Positions 8,030 to 17,064 of a stretch of DNA of 64,000 bases are shown here, one piece after another (within the stretch, counting starts at the first letter, position 1; each line of letters starts with the position of its first letter). The DNA is from a virus: IMG/VR virus record IMGVR_UViG_3300037418_002743, positions 1-64,000 of that record. One strand, 5' to 3'. The notes beneath the pieces were generated by a model that was given only the letters and a program-made list of their open reading frames with translations, did not search any database and had not been told where the DNA came from. The position numbers and the translations under genes were made by a program.

Positions 8030-9667
8030 TCAGATCTGCGACCAGAGCGACTCGGTCGGCTTCTGCACGGAGGCGACGCCCGGGGTCTCGCCGGGGATCG
8101 GGGTGTGCGCGGGGATCGCGAGGTCCGCGGGGTCGAAGCCGTAGGCGCCGCGCTGCACCAGCTCGTCGGAGCCGGCGACCTCGTCGAAGATGATCGACGG
8201 GGCCACCCCGACGGCCATGATCAGATAGCGGAGCGCGTCATAGTGGTGGTCGGCGGCGTTGGTGTCGACGTCCTCCGGCCGCTTCGGGTCCCGGGGGAGG
8301 GTCTCCATCGAGACCAGCAGCTCCGGGCAGGCGCCGTCGAGCAGGTGGAGCATCGGGCAGACGTCCCAGCCCAGCTCGCGGTGATAGGCGCACGCCGGCC
8401 CGTTCGCGAGGTAGGTGTGGAGGCGGCCCTTCCCGCCGAGGCGGTCGTTGTCCGCCTTGCGGAGCGCGACACCCTCCAGCGCGTACTGCGACGCCGGCGG
8501 GAGCGCGGAGCCGGTCTTGCCCCACATCGCCGGGTCCGCGGCGCGGAGCGTCGGCGGGCGGTCGCCCTCGGCGGCGAGGATCCGGCGGGCCTGCTCCTTC
8601 TCCGGGGTCTGCACCATCGTCAGCTCGGAGTAGACCCACATGCGGCCGTCGTTGTCCCGGGCCGCCTGCACATACGCGGCCGGGGCCGACCAGCCGTAGT
8701 CGAGGCCGGCGTACCGCTGCCAGGACTCCGGGATCTCGAAGCGCGGCACGACGAGCCGGTCGCGGCGCCAGTCCGGGAAGGCCTGGTCCGGCATGACCGA
8801 CCAGTCGCCCTCGGCGATCCGGCGGCGGAGCTCGGGGTCCTCGATGCCCTGCAGGGTCTCCGCGTAGTCCCCGACGAACGGGTTGTCGGAGATCTTCGCG
8901 GGGATGAAGATCCGGCGCCGGCCCGCCTTGTCGACGATCTCGCGCTCGCCGTAGTCGGTCGCGTCGACCCAGCCTTCCTTGACGACGCGGTGCCCGACGA
9001 AGCCCGGGTTGGACGCGGACCGGATCCCGAGGCACGGCACCCCGGGGACGCCGGAGCGCACGCGGGTGTAGAGGAAGTTGACGACGTCCGGGTCGATCGT
9101 CGTGCGCTCGTCGAGGATCAGCAGGTTGATCTCCGCGGAGGAGAGCGCCGACGCCTCCTGCAGGTTCTTCGCGTGGGCGAAGGTGAGCACGGAGCCGCCC
9201 GGGAACCGCAGCTCGTACGAGGAGCCGTTCCACGTCGCCCCGAGGGAGCGGCCGTGCCCGAACCGGGCCAGGAGGCGGAGCACCGACTGGTTCAGCTCCG
9301 GGAAGGACCGGCGGAACCAGAACACCTGGATCCCCGGGTACCGCACGCACGCGCGCAGCGCCAGCATCAGAAGGCTGTGCGACTTCCCGCCGCCGCCCGC
9401 GCCGCCGTAGAGAACATCCAGGTCCTCGTCCGGGAGGTCCACGAACCGCTCCTGGGGGCAGCGGCCGCACCGCGGCGGGACCGGCCGTCCCTCCGCCCGC
9501 GCGAGCGCCTGCTCCTTGCAGTTCGGGGTGAACTTGAGGATCTCGAAGACGTCGATCCGGGACATCCGCCGGGCGACCTGCTTGTCCCGGACCGCGCGGA
9601 GCTCGCGGAGCCGCTCCAGCATCTCGATCGGGGCCTCGACGAGCAGGTCTCCGCGCTTCGGCGGCAT
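8030..9667 (-). CDS. Terminase large subunit
   Basis: Walker A YGGAGGGGKS, Walker B LILDE, SASNPG, nuclease GLDYGW and DHHYDALRY. Confidence 0.95.
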   Translation of the reverse strand: MPPKRGDLLVEAPIEMLERLRELRAVRDKQVARRMSRIDVFEILKFTPNCKEQALARAEGRPVPPRCGRCPQERFVDLPDEDLDVLYGGAGGGGKSHSLLMLALRACVRYPGIQVFWFRRSFPELNQSVLRLLARFGHGRSLGATWNGSSYELRFPGGSVLTFAHAKNLQEASALSSAEINLLILDERTTIDPDVVNFLYTRVRSGVPGVPCLGIRSASNPGFVGHRVVKEGWVDATDYGEREIVDKAGRRRIFIPAKISDNPFVGDYAETLQGIEDPELRRRIAEGDWSVMPDQAFPDWRRDRLVVPRFEIPESWQRYAGLDYGWSAPAAYVQAARDNDGRMWVYSELTMVQTPEKEQARRILAAEGDRPPTLRAADPAMWGKTGSALPPASQYALEGVALRKADNDRLGGKGRLHTYLANGPACAYHRELGWDVCPMLHLLDGACPELLVSMETLPRDPKRPEDVDTNAADHHYDALRYLIMAVGVAPSIIFDEVAGSDELVQRGAYGFDPADLAIPAHTPIPGETPGVASVQKPTESLWSQI

Positions 9668-9914
9668 CCCGTCACCCCCCGGAGGCGAGATGCGGCGACG
9701 CGCGCGCGAGCGTCAGGCGCGCTGGTGAGGGTCCTGTAGAACTCGCCCCGCGTAGTAACCACCTACGCAACGCGACCTCGGTTCTTCGAGCCGGTGCGCC
9801 GGAGGCGTGCCGGGCCGCGCCGGAGGCGCGTCGGGTCTCTCTAGATCTGTGCTCTAGAGGGTCTATCTCCGATCTCTATCTCGTACCTGTCTCTGGGTAT
9901 CTGTAAGAAGCCCG

Positions 9915-10080
9915 GAAAACCGCGGACCGGTCCACCGGAGGGCGGATACCCGGAGGGCGGCTGACCGGAGTGCGGCTGACCGGAGGCCGGACAACCGATG
10001 TACGGAAAACCGATCCCCGAAAACCCGCCTTCGGTAGGCCGGAAGAAACCGACGACTGGAATCCCGCCGTCGGTTCGACC
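9915..10080. repeat. 15-bp-period imperfect direct repeats (iteron-like)
   Basis: ccggagggcggata / ccggagggcggctga / ccggagtgcggctga / ccggaggccggaca / ccgatgtacggaaaa..., next to a lower-GC patch at 9840-9910. Confidence 0.65.
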
Positions 10081-10088
10081 TGGGAAAA

Positions 10089-10478
10089 CTACTCGGAATC
10101 GGGCACGGCGCGGAGGCGGGAGCGGACCTCCTCGGCGAGGGCCTCGGCCACGGTCTCGGGGTCCTGGCCGACGATCCACACCCAGCCCCAGAGGCCGGTC
10201 TCGCCGTCCTGGACCCGCGCCCGGCCGAGATAGCCGACCGTCTCCAGCTCCTTGAGCGCGGCCCGGATCGCCTCCCGGCCCTCCTTGCCCTGCTTCGCCA
10301 GCTGCTCCGCGGACGTCCGCCAGCCGCTCGGCCGGGAGAGGATCGCCGCGAGCACGCCGCGGGCGCGGTAGCTGAGCCGCTCGTCCTGCAGGACTGCGCG
10401 GGAGAGGCTCTCGTAGCCCTTGTTCTTCTCGACGATCTTCGTCTTGGCGCCCCCGGCGGGCGCCTTCGCAGCGCTCAC
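10089..10478 (-). CDS. HTH protein resembling the N-terminus of phage replication initiators
   Basis: DERLSYRARGVLAAILSRPSGW...EGREAIRAALKELETVGYL. Confidence 0.7.
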   Translation of the reverse strand: MSAAKAPAGGAKTKIVEKNKGYESLSRAVLQDERLSYRARGVLAAILSRPSGWRTSAEQLAKQGKEGREAIRAALKELETVGYLGRARVQDGETGLWGWVWIVGQDPETVAEALAEEVRSRLRAVPDSE

Positions 10479-10818
10479 TTCGCGGCCTGCTCGCCGGGGA
10501 TCGTGACGTCCCGAGCGGTGCCGCCGCGAATGCCGATGTTGGCCGGCATGACGATATGTCCGTCACGCCACTGCGGCACCTGCCGCGTGTTGGCGGCCGT
10601 GCCGCCTTCGTTCTGGTTACACTGCTCCCGCAGCATCACTCAACTCCCTGGCGCAGAGGGAGTGTGGTGTTGGACCTCGAGGTGGGGGGCGCGACCAACG
10701 CCCTCCACCTCTATTTTTTCGCCGAGGCGAGCCCAAACCACACGCATGTAGTTCTCCGTAGCGCGATGACCATACCGCGCCGCGCGGAGAGTCTGCGAGA
10801 GTGACGCGCCGGTGGCCC

Positions 10819-11067
10819 TCAGTCGCCCGGGACGTGTCCCAGGTGGACGGCCAGGGCCAGCGCGCCCCCCGTGAGCCCGCCGGCCGCCACAGCGGCGCGT
10901 ACGGTCCGGGACGGGTGCACCGGGTGGATGCCCAGCCAGTAGCGGAGCACGCACGACAGCGTCGGGGTGCGGCCGCGGGACCGGAGCGCCAGGTGCTCGA
11001 GGACCCCGAACGTCGCGAGGGTCCCGGCGGCCCATGCCGCCCAGCGCCAGTGCGCCCGCGGGATCAT
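10819..11067 (-). CDS. Small membrane protein
   Basis: MIPRAHWRW...; two hydrophobic segments; ATGA overlap. Confidence 0.55.
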   Translation of the reverse strand: MIPRAHWRWAAWAAGTLATFGVLEHLALRSRGRTPTLSCVLRYWLGIHPVHPSRTVRAAVAAGGLTGGALALAVHLGHVPGD

Positions 11068-11324
11068 CGGAGGCTCCGGGCGACGTCGACGGCAGTCGGG
11101 GCGCCGTGCGGGTGGTGCCGCCGGCAGACCACGATCCCGGTGTCCCCGACGCGATGCCGGCCGATCCGCCAGCAGCCGTGCACGTGGCAGTTGTGCCGGC
11201 GCGCCCACTGGTAGAGCCCAGCGAGGAGCGCGAGCTCGCCGAGGTCCGCGCCGAACCCGGACCAGGCCAGGTAGATCGGGCCGGTCGGGTCGTCCAGGCC
11301 GAGGACGTGCCCGAGCCAGCTCAT
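11064..11324 (-). CDS. Small hypothetical protein with Cys/His motif
   Basis: Coupled ORF; HNCHVHGCWRIG...CRRHH. Confidence 0.6.
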   Translation of the reverse strand: MSWLGHVLGLDDPTGPIYLAWSGFGADLGELALLAGLYQWARRHNCHVHGCWRIGRHRVGDTGIVVCRRHHPHGAPTAVDVARSLR

Positions 11325-11575
11325 GGCTTGTGCGAGACCAGCCAGGAGATCAGCGTGGACGCGCCGGCCCCGAAGAGGGTCCCGAATGCGGCGGCGATCC
11401 CGCCGGCCCGCTGCACCTTCTGCTCGAGCTGGCGGAGGCGGGTCTCGTGGTCCTGCTTGAGCGGGGCGACGTCGGAGTCGAACCGCCGCAGGATCTCGTC
11501 ACGGAGACCCGTGATCGCGGTCTCGACTCGAACGAGGCGTTCGAGCATGGCGGCCTCCCCAGACATGACGCTCAT
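11321..11575 (-). CDS. Coiled-coil plus C-terminal TM protein (holin/lysis-accessory-like)
   Basis: ERLVRVET...DHETRLRQLEQ followed by a TM helix. Confidence 0.55.
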   Translation of the reverse strand: MSVMSGEAAMLERLVRVETAITGLRDEILRRFDSDVAPLKQDHETRLRQLEQKVQRAGGIAAAFGTLFGAGASTLISWLVSHKP

Positions 11576-11812
11576 CCGTGACGCCCTCCTTCTGAAGGTG
11601 CCTTGCGTGGTGATGGGTGCTTCCCGGGCGGTCGTGCGTGGGGGGAGTGCCGGGGAAGATCAGGGCGGATGGATGGCATCAGCCGTAGGCGGCGGTGTCC
11701 TCCGGGGAGTCCCAGTCGACGGCCCAGAACGACGAGACGTGCTCGCTGATCGCCGCCCAGTCGCGGGCCTCGTCAGCCCACTCCGCGAACGCGGCCTCGA
11801 GCTCGTCGTCGG

Positions 11813-12043
11813 TCATGCGGTGCCGAGCCAGCGGCCGCCGGCGTCGGCCCACAGCTCGTGCGAGGTGGCCTCGTAGCAGGTCGGCACGTAGGGCCGGCGG
11901 AGGTGCTCGGCGATCGTCTGCCAGGTGTGGCAGTACGTCTGGCCGTTGATCGAGGAGCCGAGGAACGGGTGCGTCACGCCGCACCGCTCGCAGCCCTGCG
12001 TGGTGTGCCCGCACCGGGCGCACCTCTCGATCGCGCGGCTCAT
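11813..12043 (-). CDS. Small Cys-rich hypothetical protein
   Basis: MSRAIERCARCG...CERCG; RBS GAGGAGG. Confidence 0.55.
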   Translation of the reverse strand: MSRAIERCARCGHTTQGCERCGVTHPFLGSSINGQTYCHTWQTIAEHLRRPYVPTCYEATSHELWADAGGRWLGTA

Positions 12044-12300
12044 CAGGACCTCCTCGGGGCCTGCCCCGGCATGTCGGTGAGGCACCAGGCGCACAGGTCG
12101 TGGGCGGGGAGGCCGCAGTGGTCGACGATCGGGAGGTGCCCGAGGTAGCGGCACCAGAGCTTCCCGAGGCCCTTGTCGACGAGCAGGAAGTGCCACCGCT
12201 CGATCCGGCGGCGGCCGCGGCGGGAGATCGGCATCCAGCTCCAGTAGAGCGGGGCGAGGATGTCGTCGGTGAGGAACTGGTGGATGCGGTAGCGGATCAC
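12043..12300 (-). CDS. Hypothetical protein
   Basis: GTG start with GGAG RBS; coupled to the next gene. Confidence 0.5.
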   Translation of the reverse strand: MIRYRIHQFLTDDILAPLYWSWMPISRRGRRRIERWHFLLVDKGLGKLWCRYLGHLPIVDHCGLPAHDLCAWCLTDMPGQAPRRS

Positions 12301-12317
12301 GGCGTCTCCAGGGGGAG

Positions 12318-12402
12318 TGGTAGCCGGGGCGGGACTCGAACCCGCATCGGGAGCGAGTGGCCTAGGACTGCTCCCGGCCCTGTCCGGTTGGACGACCCGG
12401 CT
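12318..12402 (-). ncRNA. tRNA-like RNA with extended anticodon helix
   Basis: Acceptor AGCCGGG/CCCGGCT plus ACCA; D arm GTCC-AACCGGACA-GGGC; T arm GCGGG-TTCGAGT-CCCGC; no canonical 5-bp/7-nt anticodon arm. Confidence 0.75.
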
Positions 12403-12684
12403 TCGTCCGGGCCGGACCCGACGTCCAGGAGCGTCCGTCGGGCCCGAGCCCGGAGCCTCACCGACTGCGGCAACAGTCGAGGCCGACCCTACGAGCGGGC
12501 ACCGACGGATCGGTGCGGGGTCAGTCTGCGATGCGGCGGGCCCTGCGGACCCAGTGATCGCGGAGGCGGCGTCGGAGGATCGGCGCGCAGTCGATCGTGC
12601 GGACGTGCCCGTCGCGGACGATGAACCCGGCGACCCAGCGCGGCTCGACGACCGCGTAGAGCCCATCCGGGAGATCGACCGGGA

Positions 12685-12942
12685 TCACCGGCCGTCGCGC
12701 GCGTGCAGGTACTTCCGCAGGTAGAGAGCCATGTCCAAGCACTCCTCGTAGGCGTAGGTGATCGGGTCGATCGCCGTCGCGGAGGTGAGCGGGGAGCCGT
12801 AGGTCTCGATCCCGACGGCCTCACGGTCGCGGAGGTCCGACTCGACGAGGTCGTAGATGTTGACCGGGCCGGCAGGCTCTCCGGGGACGGGGGCCGGGAC
12901 CAAGCCGATCCCGACCTTGCGCAGGAGGTCCCGGAGCGGCAT
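12685..12942 (-). CDS. Small alpha-helical protein, possibly NTP pyrophosphohydrolase-like
   Basis: R..VGIETYG..L...AYEECLDMALYL motif. Confidence 0.5.
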   Translation of the reverse strand: MPLRDLLRKVGIGLVPAPVPGEPAGPVNIYDLVESDLRDREAVGIETYGSPLTSATAIDPITYAYEECLDMALYLRKYLHARDGR

Positions 12943-13791
12943 CAGCGCTCGGCGCGGCAGGGGAAGATCCGGCCGGCGTGCCGGATGAGGAACCCGGTCT
13001 CGTTGGCCGATTCGAGGGTGCCCGGCTGCAGGCACACCGCGCAGGTCACCGTCATATCGGGCGGCCCCGCGGGGTCGGTAGCGGGACCGGGAACAGCGTC
13101 AGGCATGGCGGGAACCTCACTGGTGGATGGTTCGGGGTCCATCGCATCGCGCCATCGAGCGCGGCGAGGGCCTCGATCGTGTCGAGCTCGTCCAGCTCGT
13201 CGGAGTGGATGCGGTGCCAGCACGGCGGAGCCGGAGGTGCGAGCACCACGTCCGCGAGGGACGTGTCTTCCCGGTCTGGACGGTGCACCGGGAGCCCGGA
13301 TCGCCACCAATCGGCGCGCCGGGCGGGTCGTCGGGCCACGATCGGAAGCCGAGCCACCACGAGGCGGATCGTAGATCGGGCGGGTGACAGTTTCAGCTGG
13401 TTGCGCGTGACACGCGGCGCCTCTTCGCCCGCTCACGGGCCGCGCGCACGTCGTCGGGGGTCATCGTCGGGGCCGGACCGAAGCTAACCGGTCGGGCCGG
13501 AGGCTCGGGTTCGGCGTCGGTGACGATGTAGCCGCCGGGGATCGCCTCGACCCGGACGGGCCGTGGGGCCGTCACGCCAGGTCCGCGGGGAGAAGCCCGG
13601 AGCCGGGGCACTTCTGACGGGGCCGGTCCTTCCGGACATGCCTGTCAAGCCGCCCGGACGGGAGGAGCTTCACTTCACCCTGCGCGCAGAGCGGGCACGC
13701 CGTAGCCTCCGGCTGCGGGCCAGGAGCGGTTACGTGTGGCGGGCTCGTCGGCCGGTGGGGAGGCATGTCGGGGCCCTCCTTCACCGGCCGG

Positions 13792-14352
13792 TCACGCGGC
13801 GAACAGGCGCACGGAGCGCGGGGGAGTCGGCCCGGTCTGGCCCTGGTAGTGCGACCCCAGGGCGGGATCGGAGCCGTACGGCACCAGGCATGGCGACGAC
13901 GTCGCCTCGAAGGTGAGCTGCCCGATCGGCATCCCCGGCCGCAGCATCGGGGTGAGCACCCCGACGTTCGACACCTCGAGCGTCACCTGGCCGGAGAACC
14001 CCGGGTCAATCAGACCCGCGGTGGCGTGCACCGTGATCCCGAGCCGACCGATGGTGCTCTTGCCCTCCAGGCGTGCGGCGATGCCGGCGCCGAGGGTCAC
14101 GGTCTCCGCGGTGGTCGCGAGCACGAAGTCACCGGACCGGAGCCGGAACCCGTCGCGGATGTCCTCGACCTCGGTCAGGTCGTCGGGGATCGCGTCGAGC
14201 TCGACCTCGCGGTAGAGCGACCGGTCGAACACGCGGACGGTGTCGCCGAGGGTGACGTCGATCGAGACCGGCTGGAGCCGGCGCGGATCGTACGGCTCGA
14301 CCGTGATCTCGCCGGAGGCGAGCGCGTCGGCGATGTCCTGGTCGGAGAGCAC
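13792..14352 (-). CDS. dcd: dCTP deaminase
   Basis: MLSDQDI, QPVSIDVTLG, LEGKSTIGRLG, TAGLIDPGFSGQVTLE, YQGQ. Confidence 0.95.
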   Translation of the reverse strand: MLSDQDIADALASGEITVEPYDPRRLQPVSIDVTLGDTVRVFDRSLYREVELDAIPDDLTEVEDIRDGFRLRSGDFVLATTAETVTLGAGIAARLEGKSTIGRLGITVHATAGLIDPGFSGQVTLEVSNVGVLTPMLRPGMPIGQLTFEATSSPCLVPYGSDPALGSHYQGQTGPTPPRSVRLFAA

Positions 14353-14373
14353 GGGATCACCTCCCGTGCACGG

Positions 14374-14679
14374 TCACCGCAGCTTGTCGAGCCGCACCTT
14401 CACCACCGCGCCCGGGCGGACCGGCGGGAGTTCCTCGGACAGGTAGTCGACGGCGGTCGCGTGCTCGCCGATGAGCCCGTACCGCACAAGGCGGTGACCA
14501 GGCGGGACGACCAGGGCGGCGCCGTCGCCGGCGCGGACGGGGCGCCAGTCGGTGATCTGGTCACCGCCGGAGTCGAAGAGCGCGGCCCGCGGGCGGATCG
14601 CGTTGATGATCGACGCCCGCGGGGAGTCCTCCTCGATCAGCATGCGGCCCAGGGTGTCAGCGGTGCCCGACGGATCCAC
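14374..14679 (-). CDS. Hypothetical protein
   Basis: ORF filling the gap between recombinase and dcd. Confidence 0.45.
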   Translation of the reverse strand: MDPSGTADTLGRMLIEEDSPRASIINAIRPRAALFDSGGDQITDWRPVRAGDGAALVVPPGHRLVRYGLIGEHATAVDYLSEELPPVRPGAVVKVRLDKLR

Positions 14680-14686
14680 GGGGCCC

Positions 14687-15679
14687 TCACGCCTCGCCGC
14701 GGACGTAGCGGGCGACGGCGTGCGCCGCGGAGTCCGCGAGCGCCTCCCGGGCGTGCTCGTAGCGCATCGTCGTCTCGAGCTTGGTGTGCCCGAGCAGCTT
14801 CTGGACGTCCCGGATGTCCTGCCCAGACTCGCGCGCGAGGGTCGCGGCGGTGTGCCGGAGGCAGTGCGGGGTGATGTTCTTGGTGATCCCCGCGGCCTTG
14901 ACCAGCACGTCGAGCCGGTAGGCGACGGCGTCGCGGCTGAGCGCGCGGCCGGTGCGGGGGTCGGTGAAGAGCGGGCCGGCGCGGCGGCCGGCGAGGTAGC
15001 GGACGATCGCGGTCACCGCGTCGGCGGGGACGGCGATGATCGCGTTCCGGCCGCCCTTGCGGCGGACGATCAGCGAGCCCTCGTCGGGGTCGAAGTCGGA
15101 TGCGCGGGCACCGGTGAGCTCGGAGACGCGGACGCCGGTGTAGACCATGAGGCGGGCGAGCGCGGCCTCCCAGGGGCTGCGCTCCGCGACCGCGAGGAGC
15201 CGATCGACCTCGTCGCGGTCGAGGTGCGCCGACTTGGCCCATTGGTCGGCTCGGGGCCGGTTCCGCATGTTCGCGACGGGGTTGCGCGGTACGTCGTCCT
15301 CGTACTCGCTCATCCCGTACTTGTAGAAGGACGACACTGCGGCCAGCTTGCGCGCCATGCTCGCTTCGGTCAGGTTGCCGGCTTCACCGGACATGAGCCA
15401 TTCGAGGTATCCGTCGATATGGCGCTTCCTGGCCGACAGGACCGGAATGCCCCAGTCGTCGCAGTAGTCGAAGAAGGTCCGGATGTCACGCGCATATGCC
15501 TTGCGGGTGTTCTGCGACTTGTACCCGAGTAGCCAGGCACCGGCGATCTCGTCGCGGAGCGGTGTTCGCGCTCCGGTGAGGGTGACCTCAGCACCGCCGA
15601 GGGTGCCCTCACCGACGATTTCACCCTCGATGTACGAGACGACCGCTCCGTGCCCGGTGTCCGCTTCTGGCGTCCGCAT
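14687..15679 (-). CDS. Tyrosine recombinase/integrase (XerC/D-like)
   Basis: Core-binding domain (NTRKAYARDI, TEASMARKLAAVSSFY); catalytic TGVRVSE, KGG, HCLRH, LGH, TMRY. Confidence 0.93.
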   Translation of the reverse strand: MRTPEADTGHGAVVSYIEGEIVGEGTLGGAEVTLTGARTPLRDEIAGAWLLGYKSQNTRKAYARDIRTFFDYCDDWGIPVLSARKRHIDGYLEWLMSGEAGNLTEASMARKLAAVSSFYKYGMSEYEDDVPRNPVANMRNRPRADQWAKSAHLDRDEVDRLLAVAERSPWEAALARLMVYTGVRVSELTGARASDFDPDEGSLIVRRKGGRNAIIAVPADAVTAIVRYLAGRRAGPLFTDPRTGRALSRDAVAYRLDVLVKAAGITKNITPHCLRHTAATLARESGQDIRDVQKLLGHTKLETTMRYEHAREALADSAAHAVARYVRGEA

Positions 15680-16111
15680 AAGAGAGATTATCTGAAGTTA
15701 GGGCCGCCTGACCCCGGATTGAGGCCCTCCGCGTGTCGCGAAGTAAGGCGCGCTTCACGCGAAGTGAGGCCAGGCTCCCCACCGAGGACTTGAACCTCGA
15801 TCTCCCGGTCCAGAGCCGGGCGTCGCTGCCTGATTGGACTAGCGGGGACCGTCAACCGCACCGCCGGGAGCGGTAGGGTCGCGGGGTGACGATTGGCGAT
15901 CTCGTGCCGCTGACGCCCGAGGCGGTCGCCGCGCTCCGCACGGGGTACGGACGGCCGCTCTGTCCGCAGCACCGGAGGCCGGTGGACATGTGGCACGGCG
16001 AGCAGCACTGCCACCCGGACGCGGGGGATCAGGCGGACCCTAAGACGGCAGGTCCCGGGTAAGCGTGGCCTTACTGGCGAATGACGCCGAGATGCCGGAA
16101 GCTCAGCTCGA

Positions 16112-16127
16112 TCGAACAAGTGTGCGA
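16112..16127. promoter_or_regulatory. Near-consensus SOS box
   Basis: TCGAAC-AAGT-GTGCGA, one mismatch to the actinobacterial TCGAAC-N4-GTTCGA. Confidence 0.4.
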
Positions 16128-16294
16128 GCGGAGGAAGCCAGGAGGTCCGGCGACCTGCCCACAAATTGGGACGGATGCGGCTACAGTTAGCGGCGGCGAT
16201 CACCGGATCACCAGGTAGTACACATAGGGCGATCGCGAGAGCGATACCCTTGACCTACCGCGGTTCGGTCGGCTACGGCCTACCGGGCGCGGAC

Positions 16295-16331
16295 ACGAAG
16301 AAGGGCCCCGTGTCAGCGGGGCCCCTTCGTG
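16295..16331. terminator. Hairpin (possibly bidirectional terminator)
   Basis: acgaagaagggccccg-tgtcag-cggggccccttcgt. Confidence 0.55.
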
Positions 16332-16405
16332 AGGGCTGTGTCAGCAGCTCTCGGGCAGATGTCCCATCTATCGCTCCTCGGCAGGGCGGGTTAGGTAGAA
16401 CACCC

Positions 16406-16627
16406 ATGCACGACAGTACGCCATCGGATGGCGGAAATGGAGACCGGGAACCCTCTTCGGGTGGCTTCTGGGGATTCCTTCTTCGGATCCTCGAGCTCCT
16501 GCGTGACCCGGGCTCGCGCCCGTATGTGCTGGTCACGCTGGTTCTGGTGCTGGCGATCGCCGTGGTCTGGCAGATGCCGGACGTCGTGGAGTACCTGATC
16601 CTCGGGGTGACGCCGCCGGGGGTCTGA
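16406..16627 (+). CDS. Small membrane protein (opposite-strand moron)
   Basis: MHDSTPS...; TM helix YVLVTLVLVLAIAVVW; hairpin at 16634-16662 downstream. Confidence 0.6.
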   Translation: MHDSTPSDGGNGDREPSSGGFWGFLLRILELLRDPGSRPYVLVTLVLVLAIAVVWQMPDVVEYLILGVTPPGV

Positions 16628-16667
16628 GTCGCGCTGCCCGCCGGGGAGCACCCCGGCGGGCAGTTCC

Positions 16668-16898
16668 TCAGTCCCGGAGCCAGTCGGCGGCCATCTCGTA
16701 GGTGATCGTGAAGCTGTCGCCGGCCTTGAGCGTGAGCCCGTGCGGGAACTGCAGGACGTCGCCGGGGCCCATCTCGAAGGGCTCGACGTTGCGGACGTCG
16801 ATCTTGCCGCCGGAGGCGGGGGCGGCCGCGATGAAGCGGACCGGCTGCACCCCGTCGGCGGTGAGGAGCTGGGCGACGAGACCAGGGAGGGAGGACAT
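16668..16898 (-). CDS. Hypothetical protein
   Basis: 76-aa ORF with phage-like codon usage. Confidence 0.5.
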   Translation of the reverse strand: MSSLPGLVAQLLTADGVQPVRFIAAAPASGGKIDVRNVEPFEMGPGDVLQFPHGLTLKAGDSFTITYEMAADWLRD

Positions 16899-17064
16899 GC
16901 CGGGACCCTAGCGGGGGCGTTTCCGGGGGTGCTCGGGGTGCGCTCGGGGTGTGCTCGGCCTGTCATAAGAAACCCCTCGGGGGCCGCCGGCGCCGGTAAC
17001 GCTGGCGGCTCCCCGAGGATGCGTCCGTGCGCGTCTCCCGGGCGCCCGTCCGCGGTCTGGCCGG

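Noticed and set aside
12318-12345. tRNA 3' end as a prophage attachment site
   Set aside because: Phage genes continue on both sides and I saw no duplicate of this sequence in the window.
12355-12370. Amber suppressor or tRNA-Pyl call from CTA in the loop
   Set aside because: The loop is 8 nt on a ~10-bp helix with no U33-type context, several genes end normally in TAG, and no pyl genes are present.
15886-16062. Possible 58-aa plus-strand ORF upstream of the recombinase
   Set aside because: Short, weak RBS and no recognisable motif, so not enough support.
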